Shown here: piece after piece, positions 28,276-36,734 of the stretch
How positions within the stretch are numbered: the stretch's first letter is position 1
Layout: each line of letters begins with the position of its first letter
From: Clostridia bacterium DTU065
GTDB lineage: Bacteria; Bacillota; DTU065
Direction of reading: 5' to 3'
DNA: 64,000 bases
Assembly: GCA_001512545.1 (NCBI GenBank)
Contig: LFSI01000084.1
Location: 42,522 to 106,521, forward strand
The notes under the pieces: generated by a model
Database searches by the model: none
Told to the model about the DNA's origin: nothing
Seen by the model: only the letters and a program-made list of their open reading frames with translations
Made by a program: the position numbers and the translations under genes

Positions 28276-28920
28276 TTACAAGACCAGTTCCTTCTGGATC
28301 TTGGATTTTACCCGGCAAAGCGCGTTGTCCACAGACTTAGTATGAGTATGCAGCCTTTCAGCCATTTCCTTGTAGCTTAATCCATTGAGGTACAGGATGA
28401 AGACTTTGTACTCAAACTCGCTGAGCGCCATGCTAATGAAATATTTCGTGGATTTCAGCTTTTCTCTATCAATAACGATGGCTTCCGGATCGACTACCTT
28501 GTTGTCCGTGATCACTTCCAAAAGCGCACGATCTCCTTCGCTGTCATAAACGGACTTATATAGCGATGTGTATGAGTTCAGCGGAATGTGCTTTTGTCTG
28601 GTAGTTCCTTTGATGGCGCTGATGATATTGCGAATAATGCAAAGCTTGGCGAAAGACCAGAAGTTCGAAGAACCGTGGTTAAAATCTCTGATAGCCTTAA
28701 AAAGGCCAATGCGCCCTTCCTGAAGCAGGTCATCATCCTCTGCACCCTGGAGAAAGTAGGGCCTGCTCCACACTTGAACCATACGCTCGTACTTACGAAT
28801 CAAATACTCCTCTGCTTGAGTCTCCCCACTTTGAGCCAAAGCCACCAGTTCCTCATCGGTCATTTGATCGTAGCGGTCTTTGGACTCATATCTTTTCTCT
28901 ACCTGCATCAAGGTAGCCAT
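28276..28920 (-). CDS. sigH: RNA polymerase sigma factor SigH (sporulation initiation, Spo0H-like)
   Basis: MTDEELVALAQSGETQAEEYLIRKY..., FAKLCIIRNIISAIKGTTRQKHIPLNSYTSL and LYLNGLSYKEMAERLHTHTKSVDNALCRVKSKIQK closely follow the Bacillus SigH pattern. Confidence 0.8.
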   Translation of the reverse strand: MATLMQVEKRYESKDRYDQMTDEELVALAQSGETQAEEYLIRKYERMVQVWSRPYFLQGAEDDDLLQEGRIGLFKAIRDFNHGSSNFWSFAKLCIIRNIISAIKGTTRQKHIPLNSYTSLYKSVYDSEGDRALLEVITDNKVVDPEAIVIDREKLKSTKYFISMALSEFEYKVFILYLNGLSYKEMAERLHTHTKSVDNALCRVKSKIQKELVL

Positions 28921-29036
28921 TTCCCCACCCCTTTTACCGTTCTGGCACTTGTAAAGATTCTACCTAGCAGTTGGGGTATTATCCTGCAAAGAGAGCTGTT
29001 TTGTTGTCAAGTAATCTGCAAAGATGTTTTTGAGTC

Positions 29037-30119
29037 CTACCAGACTTTTTTAATTGAAGCCACAGTTTCTTCGTCGAGCTTTGCTACTATAGCACTGGTC
29101 AGCTCGATAGCTTTATAGTAGTCCTGAATGTTAATCACACCGGTGTGGCTGTGAATGTATCTTGTCGGCACGCCAATGCATAGAGATGGCACGCCTCGAT
29201 GCACCATGCTGATTCTACCTGCGTCAGTCCCCCCACCTTCCATAATGTCAACCTGGTACTCGATACCGAGTTCCTTAGCGGTCTCTATAGCCAAATCCCG
29301 CAACCTCAGGTTGGGAATGAGCGATCTGTCCATCAAAAAGATCACAGGACCTTTGCCGAGCTTAGCCCTGGCTTTGTTTTCATCCACACCTGGAGTGTCC
29401 CCGGCGATGGCAACTTCGAAAGCAAAGGCTACGTCTGGATCCACCAGAGTTCCAGCTGTTTGAGCACCTCTCAGTCCCACTTCCTCCTGGACGGTACCTA
29501 CCGCAAAGAGCTGGTTAGGATGCCCTTTCTCCTTTAGGTTCCTTAGAGTTTCAACAGCTATTGCACAGCCGACCCTGTTGTCGAAAGCTTTACCAACATA
29601 CATGTCCTTGTTTGCCATGCTGGTAAACGGACTTATCGGAACGATAGGGTCTCCCGGTCTGATCCCCATCTCCTCCACTTCTTCGTCGGAAAAAGCGCCT
29701 ACGTCGATGAACATATCGTTCTTTTCCACAGGCTTTTTCCGTTCGTCAGGGCTCAAAATGTGGGGAGGTTTCGACCCGATTACACCAATAACAGGTCCTT
29801 TGCTGCCGTAAACAGCTACCCTCTGGCTGAGCAGAACTTGATCCCACCAGCCACCTAAAGCCGAAAACCTGATAAACCCTTCTTTGGTAATCAGCCGAAC
29901 CATAAAGCCGATTTCGTCCATATGGCCTGCAACCATTACCTTAGGTCCCTTGTTGCCGACTTTAGCGATGATGGAGCCAAGGTTATCCGTAACGATCTCC
30001 GTACCTATTTCTTCCAGTTCAGCCCGGAGAATTGTCTGAACATCACCTTCAAATCCGGTGACTCCCGGAGCATTGCAAAGTTTTTCCAGAAACGAGAGCC
30101 CAACATTCATAAGCAGCAT
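29037..30119 (-). CDS. M42-family glutamyl aminopeptidase (FrvX/CelM-like)
   Basis: VAGHMDEIGFMV and the later metal-binding blocks are M42 motifs. 360 aa. Confidence 0.8.
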   Translation of the reverse strand: MLLMNVGLSFLEKLCNAPGVTGFEGDVQTILRAELEEIGTEIVTDNLGSIIAKVGNKGPKVMVAGHMDEIGFMVRLITKEGFIRFSALGGWWDQVLLSQRVAVYGSKGPVIGVIGSKPPHILSPDERKKPVEKNDMFIDVGAFSDEEVEEMGIRPGDPIVPISPFTSMANKDMYVGKAFDNRVGCAIAVETLRNLKEKGHPNQLFAVGTVQEEVGLRGAQTAGTLVDPDVAFAFEVAIAGDTPGVDENKARAKLGKGPVIFLMDRSLIPNLRLRDLAIETAKELGIEYQVDIMEGGGTDAGRISMVHRGVPSLCIGVPTRYIHSHTGVINIQDYYKAIELTSAIVAKLDEETVASIKKVW

Positions 30120-30187
30120 TTATCCCCCTATGATCACTTATTTGTTGTTTATATTCTCCTTTAACCTCTCTATTGCCTGCTTAATAA

Positions 30188-30238
30188 GACAAAAACAAAA
30201 AAAGTCTATCCCGTTTTTGCGAGAAACGGAGATAGACT
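30188..30238 (-). terminator. Rho-independent terminator of speH
   Basis: A 14-bp stem (AGTCTATCCCGTTT / AAACGGAGATAGACT) followed by T7-GTTTTTG on the minus strand. Confidence 0.65.
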
Positions 30239-30256
30239 TCTTTTGATCGGTCTCAG

Positions 30257-30646
30257 TCAAGATACTCTCTCATCATCTATCTTTAACAGTACAGGTGGAA
30301 CCAAGCCCCGCTGCACTTCGAAAGACTGGACGTTTTGAGCATCAAACTTCTCAATCAGAAAATTGCATGCAACCCAGGGGTCCACAGTGTCGCCACAAGT
30401 AAACACATCAATGGCAGCATAACCAAGTTCCGGCCAGGTGTGAATGGCCAAATGGGATTCGGAAATCACCACAACACCGCTAACTCCCTGGGGACTAAAG
30501 CGGTGAAAGGCAACCTCTCGGACCTCTGCACCGCAAGCAAGTGCTGCAGCCACCATAATCTTTTCCACTCGGCGAACATCGTTAAGAATCTCTTTGTCGC
30601 ACCCATAAGCCTCACAAATAATGTGTCTACCCAAAGCCTGGGGCAA
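30257..30646 (-). CDS. speH: S-adenosylmethionine decarboxylase proenzyme (class 1A, SpeH)
   Basis: Starts [17 protein letters not shown] and is about 125 aa. The [15 protein letters not shown] block contains the ES|S self-cleavage site that forms the pyruvoyl group. Confidence 0.85.
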   Translation of the reverse strand: MPQALGRHIICEAYGCDKEILNDVRRVEKIMVAAALACGAEVREVAFHRFSPQGVSGVVVISESHLAIHTWPELGYAAIDVFTCGDTVDPWVACNFLIEKFDAQNVQSFEVQRGLVPPVLLKIDDERVS

Positions 30647-30736
30647 CTTATCTCCCTCCTTTTGTGTTTCTATTTTTCAGATAGAAACCAGAATTTGTAT
30701 TAAAATGTTTAGTTAAGTATACTGACGATTCCTCTT

Positions 30737-32014
30737 TCAGTCAAGCAACTTAGTCAAAAACTCCAACAAAGCAAGTTTAGATTGGAAATAGTTCAACGAT
30801 CCTTGCAAATATGCCCGATACGGTTCTCTTAAAGGAGCGTCTGCGCTCAACTCCGAAGTAGCACCCTGCACAAACGTACCGGCAGCCATGATTACTTCAT
30901 GTTCGTAACCGGGCATCGGCCCTGGCTCTGGAGTAACGTAGCTATCCACCGGAGATGCGTGCTGGATTGCCCTGCAGAACTGAATTAGCTCGTCTCTGGT
31001 ATGAAAGCCGATCAGCTGAACCGTATCGAATCTTGGCTCTTCAGGCCGGGGAGAAACCCAGTATCCCCGTGACTGCAGAACCTTACTGAACAAGGTTGCC
31101 GACTTCATTGCCTGAAGCACCATCAACGGTGCCTGGTACAATCCCTGCAGAACTAGCTTGGTCTGGTTGAAGGTTGCCCCTAGCTTGGATCCAAGACCTG
31201 GCGAAGTTAAAGCTTCAGCTGCCAGCTCTACCAAGTCAGCTCGTCCAACAAGATAACCTCCCGATTGAGCGAGCCCTCCTCCAGGGTTTTTGATCAGAGA
31301 GCCGGCCATAAGATCTGCACCGTAGAAGGTCGGTTCCGTCCAAGAGACAAACTCCCCGTAACAGTTATCCACATAGATGATGGCATCGCTTTGCTTGCGA
31401 ACTAGTCTCATAGCTTCTTCAAGCTCTATGTCGCTGAACGTGTGCCTGTCGCTGTAGCCCCTAGACCGCTGGAAGTAAACCATCTTGGTGGGCTTTTTGA
31501 GTTCGTCCTGCAAACCTTCGAGATCGATACTGTCGTCTTCCTGAAGGGGCAAAACGTCAAAGCTAATGCCGAAATTCTTTAATGCCGAAGGAGAATTTCC
31601 GGAGATTCCGAGCACGGTCTGCATGGTATCATACGGAAGTCCCGTGGCAATCAGGACCCGGTCTCCAGGCCGGAGAATCCCCCTAAAGCCCAGAGTGATG
31701 GCGTGGGTGCCTGAAACCATCTGCGGCCTTACCAGGGCGCTTTCGGTACCGAATACCCTGCTGTAGACCTCTTCAACGGCAGATCGGCCTTCATCGTTGT
31801 AGCCGTAGCCGCTGCTCGAAAAGAAACTGTATTCACTGACCTGAGCTTTTCTAAAAGCGTCAAGGATGCGTATGCTCCAGTATTCGCAGATCCTCTCCAA
31901 GTTGTCGAACTGCGCTTGCAGCTGATTTTCTGCGTCTTCTACTTCTTTGAGCAATGAGTCGGGTATGCTTAAGATCTTGTACATGGGTGTCCTCCTGCAA
32001 TCGTTAACATTCAT
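30737..32014 (-). CDS. PLP-dependent C-S lyase family protein (aluminium-resistance / YnbB-like)
   Basis: About 415 aa with a Cys/Met-metabolism PLP-enzyme fold. The likely start is MYKIL (31984). The adjacent spoVK-like gene echoes the Bacillus spoVK-ynbA-ynbB neighbourhood. Confidence 0.6.
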   Translation of the reverse strand: MNVNDCRRTPMYKILSIPDSLLKEVEDAENQLQAQFDNLERICEYWSIRILDAFRKAQVSEYSFFSSSGYGYNDEGRSAVEEVYSRVFGTESALVRPQMVSGTHAITLGFRGILRPGDRVLIATGLPYDTMQTVLGISGNSPSALKNFGISFDVLPLQEDDSIDLEGLQDELKKPTKMVYFQRSRGYSDRHTFSDIELEEAMRLVRKQSDAIIYVDNCYGEFVSWTEPTFYGADLMAGSLIKNPGGGLAQSGGYLVGRADLVELAAEALTSPGLGSKLGATFNQTKLVLQGLYQAPLMVLQAMKSATLFSKVLQSRGYWVSPRPEEPRFDTVQLIGFHTRDELIQFCRAIQHASPVDSYVTPEPGPMPGYEHEVIMAAGTFVQGATSELSADAPLREPYRAYLQGSLNYFQSKLALLEFLTKLLD

Positions 32015-32063
32015 TACTAACTCTATCTTTAACCTTCTCGGCTGGAATAAAAACGAAAAGCTC

Positions 32064-32933
32064 TTACTCCAGGTCCTCCGGTTTGATGGTCATGAGATCG
32101 TCTCTTTTTACATGGCTAAGGCTTTCTAACCTTACCGCCTGCCTGCGCATGGCCTGTTCCAAGATGTTCCGCACGTCTCGGCCATTGCCTTTTAAGCCCT
32201 GAAGCTTCTCCCGAAGTTTTTCCACAGCCTTTGGAGAGAGGCGGTAATCGGACTTGGCCAGAATCAAGAGGGCTATTTGCATAAGTTCTTCGGCGGAGTA
32301 ATCGGGAAAGTGGATGCTAATGGGCATTCTGGAAACAAGCCCCGGGTTCAACCTAATAAACATCTCCATCTCATCGGGGTACCCCGCAGCAATCACCACC
32401 AAATCTTGGCGGTGATCCTCCATGGCCTTCACCAGAGTATCTAGTGCTTCTCTGCCGAAATCCTTTTCTCCTCCTCTCGCTAGCGAATAAGCCTCGTCGA
32501 TAAAAAGCACCCCGCCGAGGGCTTTACTTATAGCTTCTCTGGTACGTCTTGCAGTGTGTCCTACGTATTCCCCGACCAGATCGGCCCGCTCTACCTCAAC
32601 TAGATGCCCACGCTCAAGTACCCCAGATCTCTGCAATATCTTACTCACAATGCGAGCTACCGTTGTCTTGCCAGTTCCTGGGTTGCCTACAAACACCATG
32701 TTTAGCGTTAGGTCTTCGGCTTTTAGCCCGAGCTGTTTCCTCTTCTGAGAGATCGATGCGTAAGCACAAATCTCCCGCAGCTTCTCCTTAACTGCGTAAA
32801 GCCCGATTAAAGAATCGAGCTCGTTCCAGGGGTCTTCCCCGCCCCCATGTACTCCTGTTGCTGAGTTTTTTGGCTGTAGGTAGATCAGCTGTCCTTCGTA
32901 CGGCTCACCGCTTACCCAGGAAATCATCGACAT
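32064..32933 (-). CDS. AAA+ ATPase, stage V sporulation protein K (SpoVK)-like
   Basis: Walker A VFVGNPGTGKTTVARI and Walker B VLFIDEAYSL. The single AAA module is about 290 aa, typical of SpoVK/CbbX-type proteins. Confidence 0.7.
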   Translation of the reverse strand: MSMISWVSGEPYEGQLIYLQPKNSATGVHGGGEDPWNELDSLIGLYAVKEKLREICAYASISQKRKQLGLKAEDLTLNMVFVGNPGTGKTTVARIVSKILQRSGVLERGHLVEVERADLVGEYVGHTARRTREAISKALGGVLFIDEAYSLARGGEKDFGREALDTLVKAMEDHRQDLVVIAAGYPDEMEMFIRLNPGLVSRMPISIHFPDYSAEELMQIALLILAKSDYRLSPKAVEKLREKLQGLKGNGRDVRNILEQAMRRQAVRLESLSHVKRDDLMTIKPEDLE

Positions 32934-33011
32934 CTCCTCCTAGGTCTAAAGTATGGCTTTAGCACTTCTTGTGCTACCGGTAAAGCCGAAGAATAGAACC
33001 TTTATGTAATG

Positions 33012-33050
33012 ACAAAAAACTCCTCACTGCACCTAAAATGCAGTGAGGAT
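33012..33050 (-). terminator. Terminator downstream of the DUF5320-DUF134 pair
   Basis: CTCCTCACTGCA-n7-TGCAGTGAGGA hairpin followed by T6-G on the minus strand. Confidence 0.6.
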
Positions 33051-33117
33051 TGGCTTTGAGGATCACTCCATCTGTCCATTCCCACAAACAGATTGTTCAA
33101 GTTCGACCGAAACACAC

Positions 33118-33483
33118 CTACCAACCACCTCGATGGTCTCTTTTCTGCCGACGTCTGTGACATCCTCTGCCGCATCCGTCTCCTGGGCCTTCGCAGAGCT
33201 GGTACTCGCCACCTTCGATGAGCAGCACCCTGCCGTTGACCAGGGCTTCGGCGATCTTTTTCCTAGCTTGAGCATATATACCCTGTACGGTGCTGCGGGC
33301 AACCCCCATCTGTTCAGCACACTCTTCCTGCGTAAAGTCCTCAAAATCGATAAGTCTTACCGCTTCGTACTCATCGATGGTCATAACTATAGGCTCAGGT
33401 GGTGCAGGTTCACTATCAAGAGGACCGAACTTGCTTCTTTCCGGCAGGCAGCACACCTTTCTCCATTTCATCGGCCTTGCCAT
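33118..33483 (-). CDS. DUF134-family predicted DNA-binding protein (sigma-region-4-like HTH)
   Basis: [21 protein letters not shown]...[58 protein letters not shown] matches the DUF134/UPF0251 pattern. Confidence 0.7.
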   Translation of the reverse strand: MARPMKWRKVCCLPERSKFGPLDSEPAPPEPIVMTIDEYEAVRLIDFEDFTQEECAEQMGVARSTVQGIYAQARKKIAEALVNGRVLLIEGGEYQLCEGPGDGCGRGCHRRRQKRDHRGGW

Positions 33484-33559
33484 ATGAGCTCACATCCTTT
33501 TGTGTCAGGGGTAACCAGGGCGTCCCCTAGCTACCCCGGTTATGAGCAGAATGCAGTAA

Positions 33560-33796
33560 TTACAGTTCCTCTAACTGTTTGTCAATTGCTTCGATCTGTT
33601 CCTTTAGCCATGCCTTTTTTTCTTTGAGAAGTTCTTTTCGCTCCTCCTTGGATAGTCCGTAGAAGCCACCCTGCCTGACACCGCAACCAAACCCCATTCC
33701 GCGTCTAGAACCACATCTAAAATACTGCCTTTTATGGAAAAATCCCTGTCCAATTGGATCTAAGCCCCACGGTCCTGTTCCATCCATTCTTGGCAC
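33560..33796 (-). CDS. DUF5320-family small protein (Gly-rich N-terminus, C-terminal coiled coil)
   Basis: MPRMDGTGPWGLDPIGQG...GMGFGCGVRQGGFYG followed by LSKEERKELLKEKKAWLKEQIEAIDKQLEEL. From memory this family is often paired with DUF134. Confidence 0.55.
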   Translation of the reverse strand: MPRMDGTGPWGLDPIGQGFFHKRQYFRCGSRRGMGFGCGVRQGGFYGLSKEERKELLKEKKAWLKEQIEAIDKQLEEL

Positions 33797-33817
33797 TTAT
33801 CTCACCTCCCAGAATTC

Positions 33818-33866
33818 CTGGCATATGCCACTTATCTTCATTATAACACGTTTATGGCATATGTCA
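33818..33866. promoter_or_regulatory. Two copies of the palindrome TGGCATATG(C/T)CA upstream of the DUF5320-DUF134 operon
   Basis: A perfect 12-bp palindrome TGGCATATGCCA sits at 33818-33829 and TGGCATATGTCA at 33855-33866, 37 bp apart. The spacing suits operator sites for a dimeric HTH protein. Confidence 0.35.
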
Positions 33867-33911
33867 ATAACTAGTTCCAGCTTCACATACCGATACCAAA
33901 GTTGTCAAGGG

Positions 33912-33955
33912 ACAAAAAATCCCGGCAGTGTCGGCGAAAAACCGACCCTGCCGGA
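33912..33955 (-). terminator. Terminator after miaA
   Basis: CCGGCAGGGTCGG-n7-CCGACACTGCCGG hairpin followed by GATTTTTTGT on the minus strand. Confidence 0.6.
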
Positions 33956-33991
33956 GTTCTTGTGTCCTATGTTCATCCTCTGCTCAGAGAA

Positions 33992-34942
33992 TTACTCCTT
34001 CTCATAACTTTTGATGTACTCGACTACTGCCCTGTAGAGGTCCTCTCTACTTGCATAATCACCATAGTCGAACCACTTAATCCTCTCATCTCTGCGGAAC
34101 CAGGAAAGCTGTCGTTTAGCGTAGTGCCTAGTGTCTCGTTTCAGGATGCGAACTGCCTCGTCCAGTGTGGCAAACCCTTTGAGATACCAGATGATCTCTT
34201 TGTAACCCAGAGCTTGATAAGCTGTGGACTGAGGTTTAAGTCCCTCCTGATAGAGCCGCTTTACCTCCTCGATTAACCCGCTTTCGATCATTGCATCTAC
34301 TCTCCTGTTGATCCTTTCGTACAAAAGATTGCGATCTAGAGTAAGGCCGATCCAAATGGTTTCGTAGAGGGGTTCTTGTCCTTTGTACTGAGCCTGGAGC
34401 TTCGAAAGAGGTGTTCCGGTTTTGATGTAGACTTCCAGAGCTCTGACAATTCTGCGGATGTCATTAGGATGAATCCTTCTAGCTGACTCTTCATCACACT
34501 CAAGAAGTCTGCGATAAAGGTATTCGTTGCCAAACTCCTCCGCCTGTTCCAAAAGCTCTACCCTGAGTTTCAAGTCTCTTTGGGGTTCCGGAAAAAGCAG
34601 ACCGTCGAGAACCGTCTGCAGGTACAGGCCTGTGCCACCGACGAAAATCGGTCGTTTACCTTTTCTGCGGATCTCGTTGATAGCTGCGGTAGCCAGCTCT
34701 TTATAGTCTGCTGCAGTGAATTCTTCATCGGGCATAACCACATCCAATAGATAGTGGACAACTGTGCGCTTTTCCGGTTCGATCTTTGCTGTTCCGATGT
34801 CCAAGCCTTTGTACACCTGCATCGAATCAGCTGAAATAATCTCGCCATTGAGCCCTTCTGCCAAATAAATGCCGAGATCGGTTTTCCCTGATGCCGTTGG
34901 GCCCACCACAGCTACAATCGGCTCTACCACTTCCCCCCACAC
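33992..34942 (-). CDS. miaA: tRNA dimethylallyltransferase MiaA
   Basis: The P-loop is IVAVVGPTASGKTDLGIYLAE, followed by IISADSMQVYKGLDIGTAK. About 310 aa. Confidence 0.9.
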   Translation of the reverse strand: MWGEVVEPIVAVVGPTASGKTDLGIYLAEGLNGEIISADSMQVYKGLDIGTAKIEPEKRTVVHYLLDVVMPDEEFTAADYKELATAAINEIRRKGKRPIFVGGTGLYLQTVLDGLLFPEPQRDLKLRVELLEQAEEFGNEYLYRRLLECDEESARRIHPNDIRRIVRALEVYIKTGTPLSKLQAQYKGQEPLYETIWIGLTLDRNLLYERINRRVDAMIESGLIEEVKRLYQEGLKPQSTAYQALGYKEIIWYLKGFATLDEAVRILKRDTRHYAKRQLSWFRRDERIKWFDYGDYASREDLYRAVVEYIKSYEKE

Positions 34943-34950
34943 CCCTTTCT

Positions 34951-36729
34951 CTATCTGTTTCTCCCGAAGCGTTTTTCCAGTTCAGCCCAGTCTAGTTTCA
35001 GCATTGTTGGCCTTCCGTGGGGACATAAAGCAGGAGTCCTGCAGCTCATTAGTTCGTTTATCAAAAGCCGCATTTGGTTCGTGTCTAAGTTAGATCCGGC
35101 CTTCACCGATCCCCTGCAAGCAAGAATCGCCGCAGCTCTTTCTCTGAAAGTGGGACCTGGTTTTTCCAAGAGAAGCTCCTTCACAGTTTCTTCAGCTTCG
35201 GACCCAGACACATCACTAGGTACGTGGGTTATTGCCAAAGATGACGGTCCGAACTCCTCTATGCCAAAACCCAGCTCCTCTAACTCCGGCCTGATGCGTT
35301 CGAGAGCTACATACTCATCGGGACTCAACTCCAGAGGCAGTGGGAACAAAAGCTCGGTTCTGGGAACCTTTGCGCTTTGGTCTAGGTACTTCTCGTACTG
35401 GATTCGCTCATGTGCTGAATGCTGATCGTAAAGTATAATCCCGTCTTCCCATTCAGCGATAATGTAGGTGTTATTGACCTGTCCCAAGATTCTAGGATAG
35501 CCAACACTTACCTTTGCCAAGTCCCTGACAAACTCTGTCCTTAGAGGGTTAAGTTCTTTTTCTTTAGGGATAAGGTCCATCCAGTTCCCCTGTTTTTCAG
35601 TTTTCGGGTAGGCTGCAAAAACCTCACCGGTCCTAGGTTCATCATCGCGGTTCTTTACCCATTGGAACGTTTGAAGCTCCGCGGTCGGAACGTCCTGGTG
35701 CCGCCGTTTTTTCGTTCCGTAGGGATCTGTAAAGGTTGCGGGCTCCAAAAGGCGCACATCAACTGCGTTCCTTACAGACTTGTAAACCAGTGAAAACACC
35801 TGATTTTCATTGGTCAGCCTGACCAAGAGCTTTGCTGGGTGGACGTTGACATCAATGTCCTCAGGCGGAATCTCGAGGTTCAAAAACGCCACAGGGAACT
35901 GGCCTCTGGGAACTACGTCATAAAAGGCTTTTTCCAGAGCTGCCTGTACAGTTCTGCTCTCAACGATGCGGCCGTTAATGATGAAGATCTGCATGTCCCG
36001 CCTGCCCCTGGCAATGTCTGGTTTGCCTACATATCCGCTTAAACCGTAGAATCCCGCTGTGCCCCTTACCTCGAGCAGATTCTGCGAGAGACTTCCACCA
36101 AAAACGCTGCCAATTGCCAGAAGCTGGTTACCGGTCTTTTGCGTCTCAATTACCTTCTTGCCGTCTTTAATCAGCGTAAATGCAACGTCGGGCCTGGAGA
36201 TTGCAGCAGCTTGCAGGTACTTCTGTATCCTTCCGGCTTCGGCATTTTCCGACTTGATGAACTTCTTTCTCGCCGGAACGTTATAGAACAGGTCCTCAAC
36301 CTCAACGATGGTGCCTGTAGACATAGCCTTAGGCACGACGTCCGACTGTTTTCCGCTTAAGACCTCCACCATGTATCCGGTTTGCCCTTCCTGGCAACTG
36401 GAAATGCGGAAGTTGGAGACCGCTGCAATAGACGGCAGGGCTTCACCTCTAAAGCCCAGCGAAGCGATGGATTCAAGATCCGTTACCGACTGGATTTTAC
36501 TTGTTGCATGCCGCAGTAGAGCTTGGGGGAGGTCTTCGCGGGCAATGCCACAGCCGTTATCCCTCACCCGAATAAAGGCCATTCCTCCTTTGAGAATCTC
36601 CACGGAAATCTCGTCTGCGCCTGCATCAAGCGAGTTTTCTACCAGCTCCTTGACCACAGAGGAGGGCCTTTCCACCACTTCGCCTGCTGCTATCTTATTG
36701 ATGGTGTCCAGATCCAATACGCGAATCAA
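34951..36729 (-). CDS. mutL: DNA mismatch repair protein MutL
   Basis: The GHKL ATPase N-terminus is INKIAAGEVVERPSSVVKELVENSLDAGA...RVRDNGCGI, and the C-terminal dimerisation domain is present. 592 aa, directly after mutS. Confidence 0.9.
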   Translation of the reverse strand: MIRVLDLDTINKIAAGEVVERPSSVVKELVENSLDAGADEISVEILKGGMAFIRVRDNGCGIAREDLPQALLRHATSKIQSVTDLESIASLGFRGEALPSIAAVSNFRISSCQEGQTGYMVEVLSGKQSDVVPKAMSTGTIVEVEDLFYNVPARKKFIKSENAEAGRIQKYLQAAAISRPDVAFTLIKDGKKVIETQKTGNQLLAIGSVFGGSLSQNLLEVRGTAGFYGLSGYVGKPDIARGRRDMQIFIINGRIVESRTVQAALEKAFYDVVPRGQFPVAFLNLEIPPEDIDVNVHPAKLLVRLTNENQVFSLVYKSVRNAVDVRLLEPATFTDPYGTKKRRHQDVPTAELQTFQWVKNRDDEPRTGEVFAAYPKTEKQGNWMDLIPKEKELNPLRTEFVRDLAKVSVGYPRILGQVNNTYIIAEWEDGIILYDQHSAHERIQYEKYLDQSAKVPRTELLFPLPLELSPDEYVALERIRPELEELGFGIEEFGPSSLAITHVPSDVSGSEAEETVKELLLEKPGPTFRERAAAILACRGSVKAGSNLDTNQMRLLINELMSCRTPALCPHGRPTMLKLDWAELEKRFGRNR

Positions 36730-36734
36730 CTGCC

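Noticed and set aside
33043-33627. 194-aa plus-strand ORF
   Set aside because: It is antisense across the DUF134 and DUF5320 genes and the terminator. Its composition is not protein-like.
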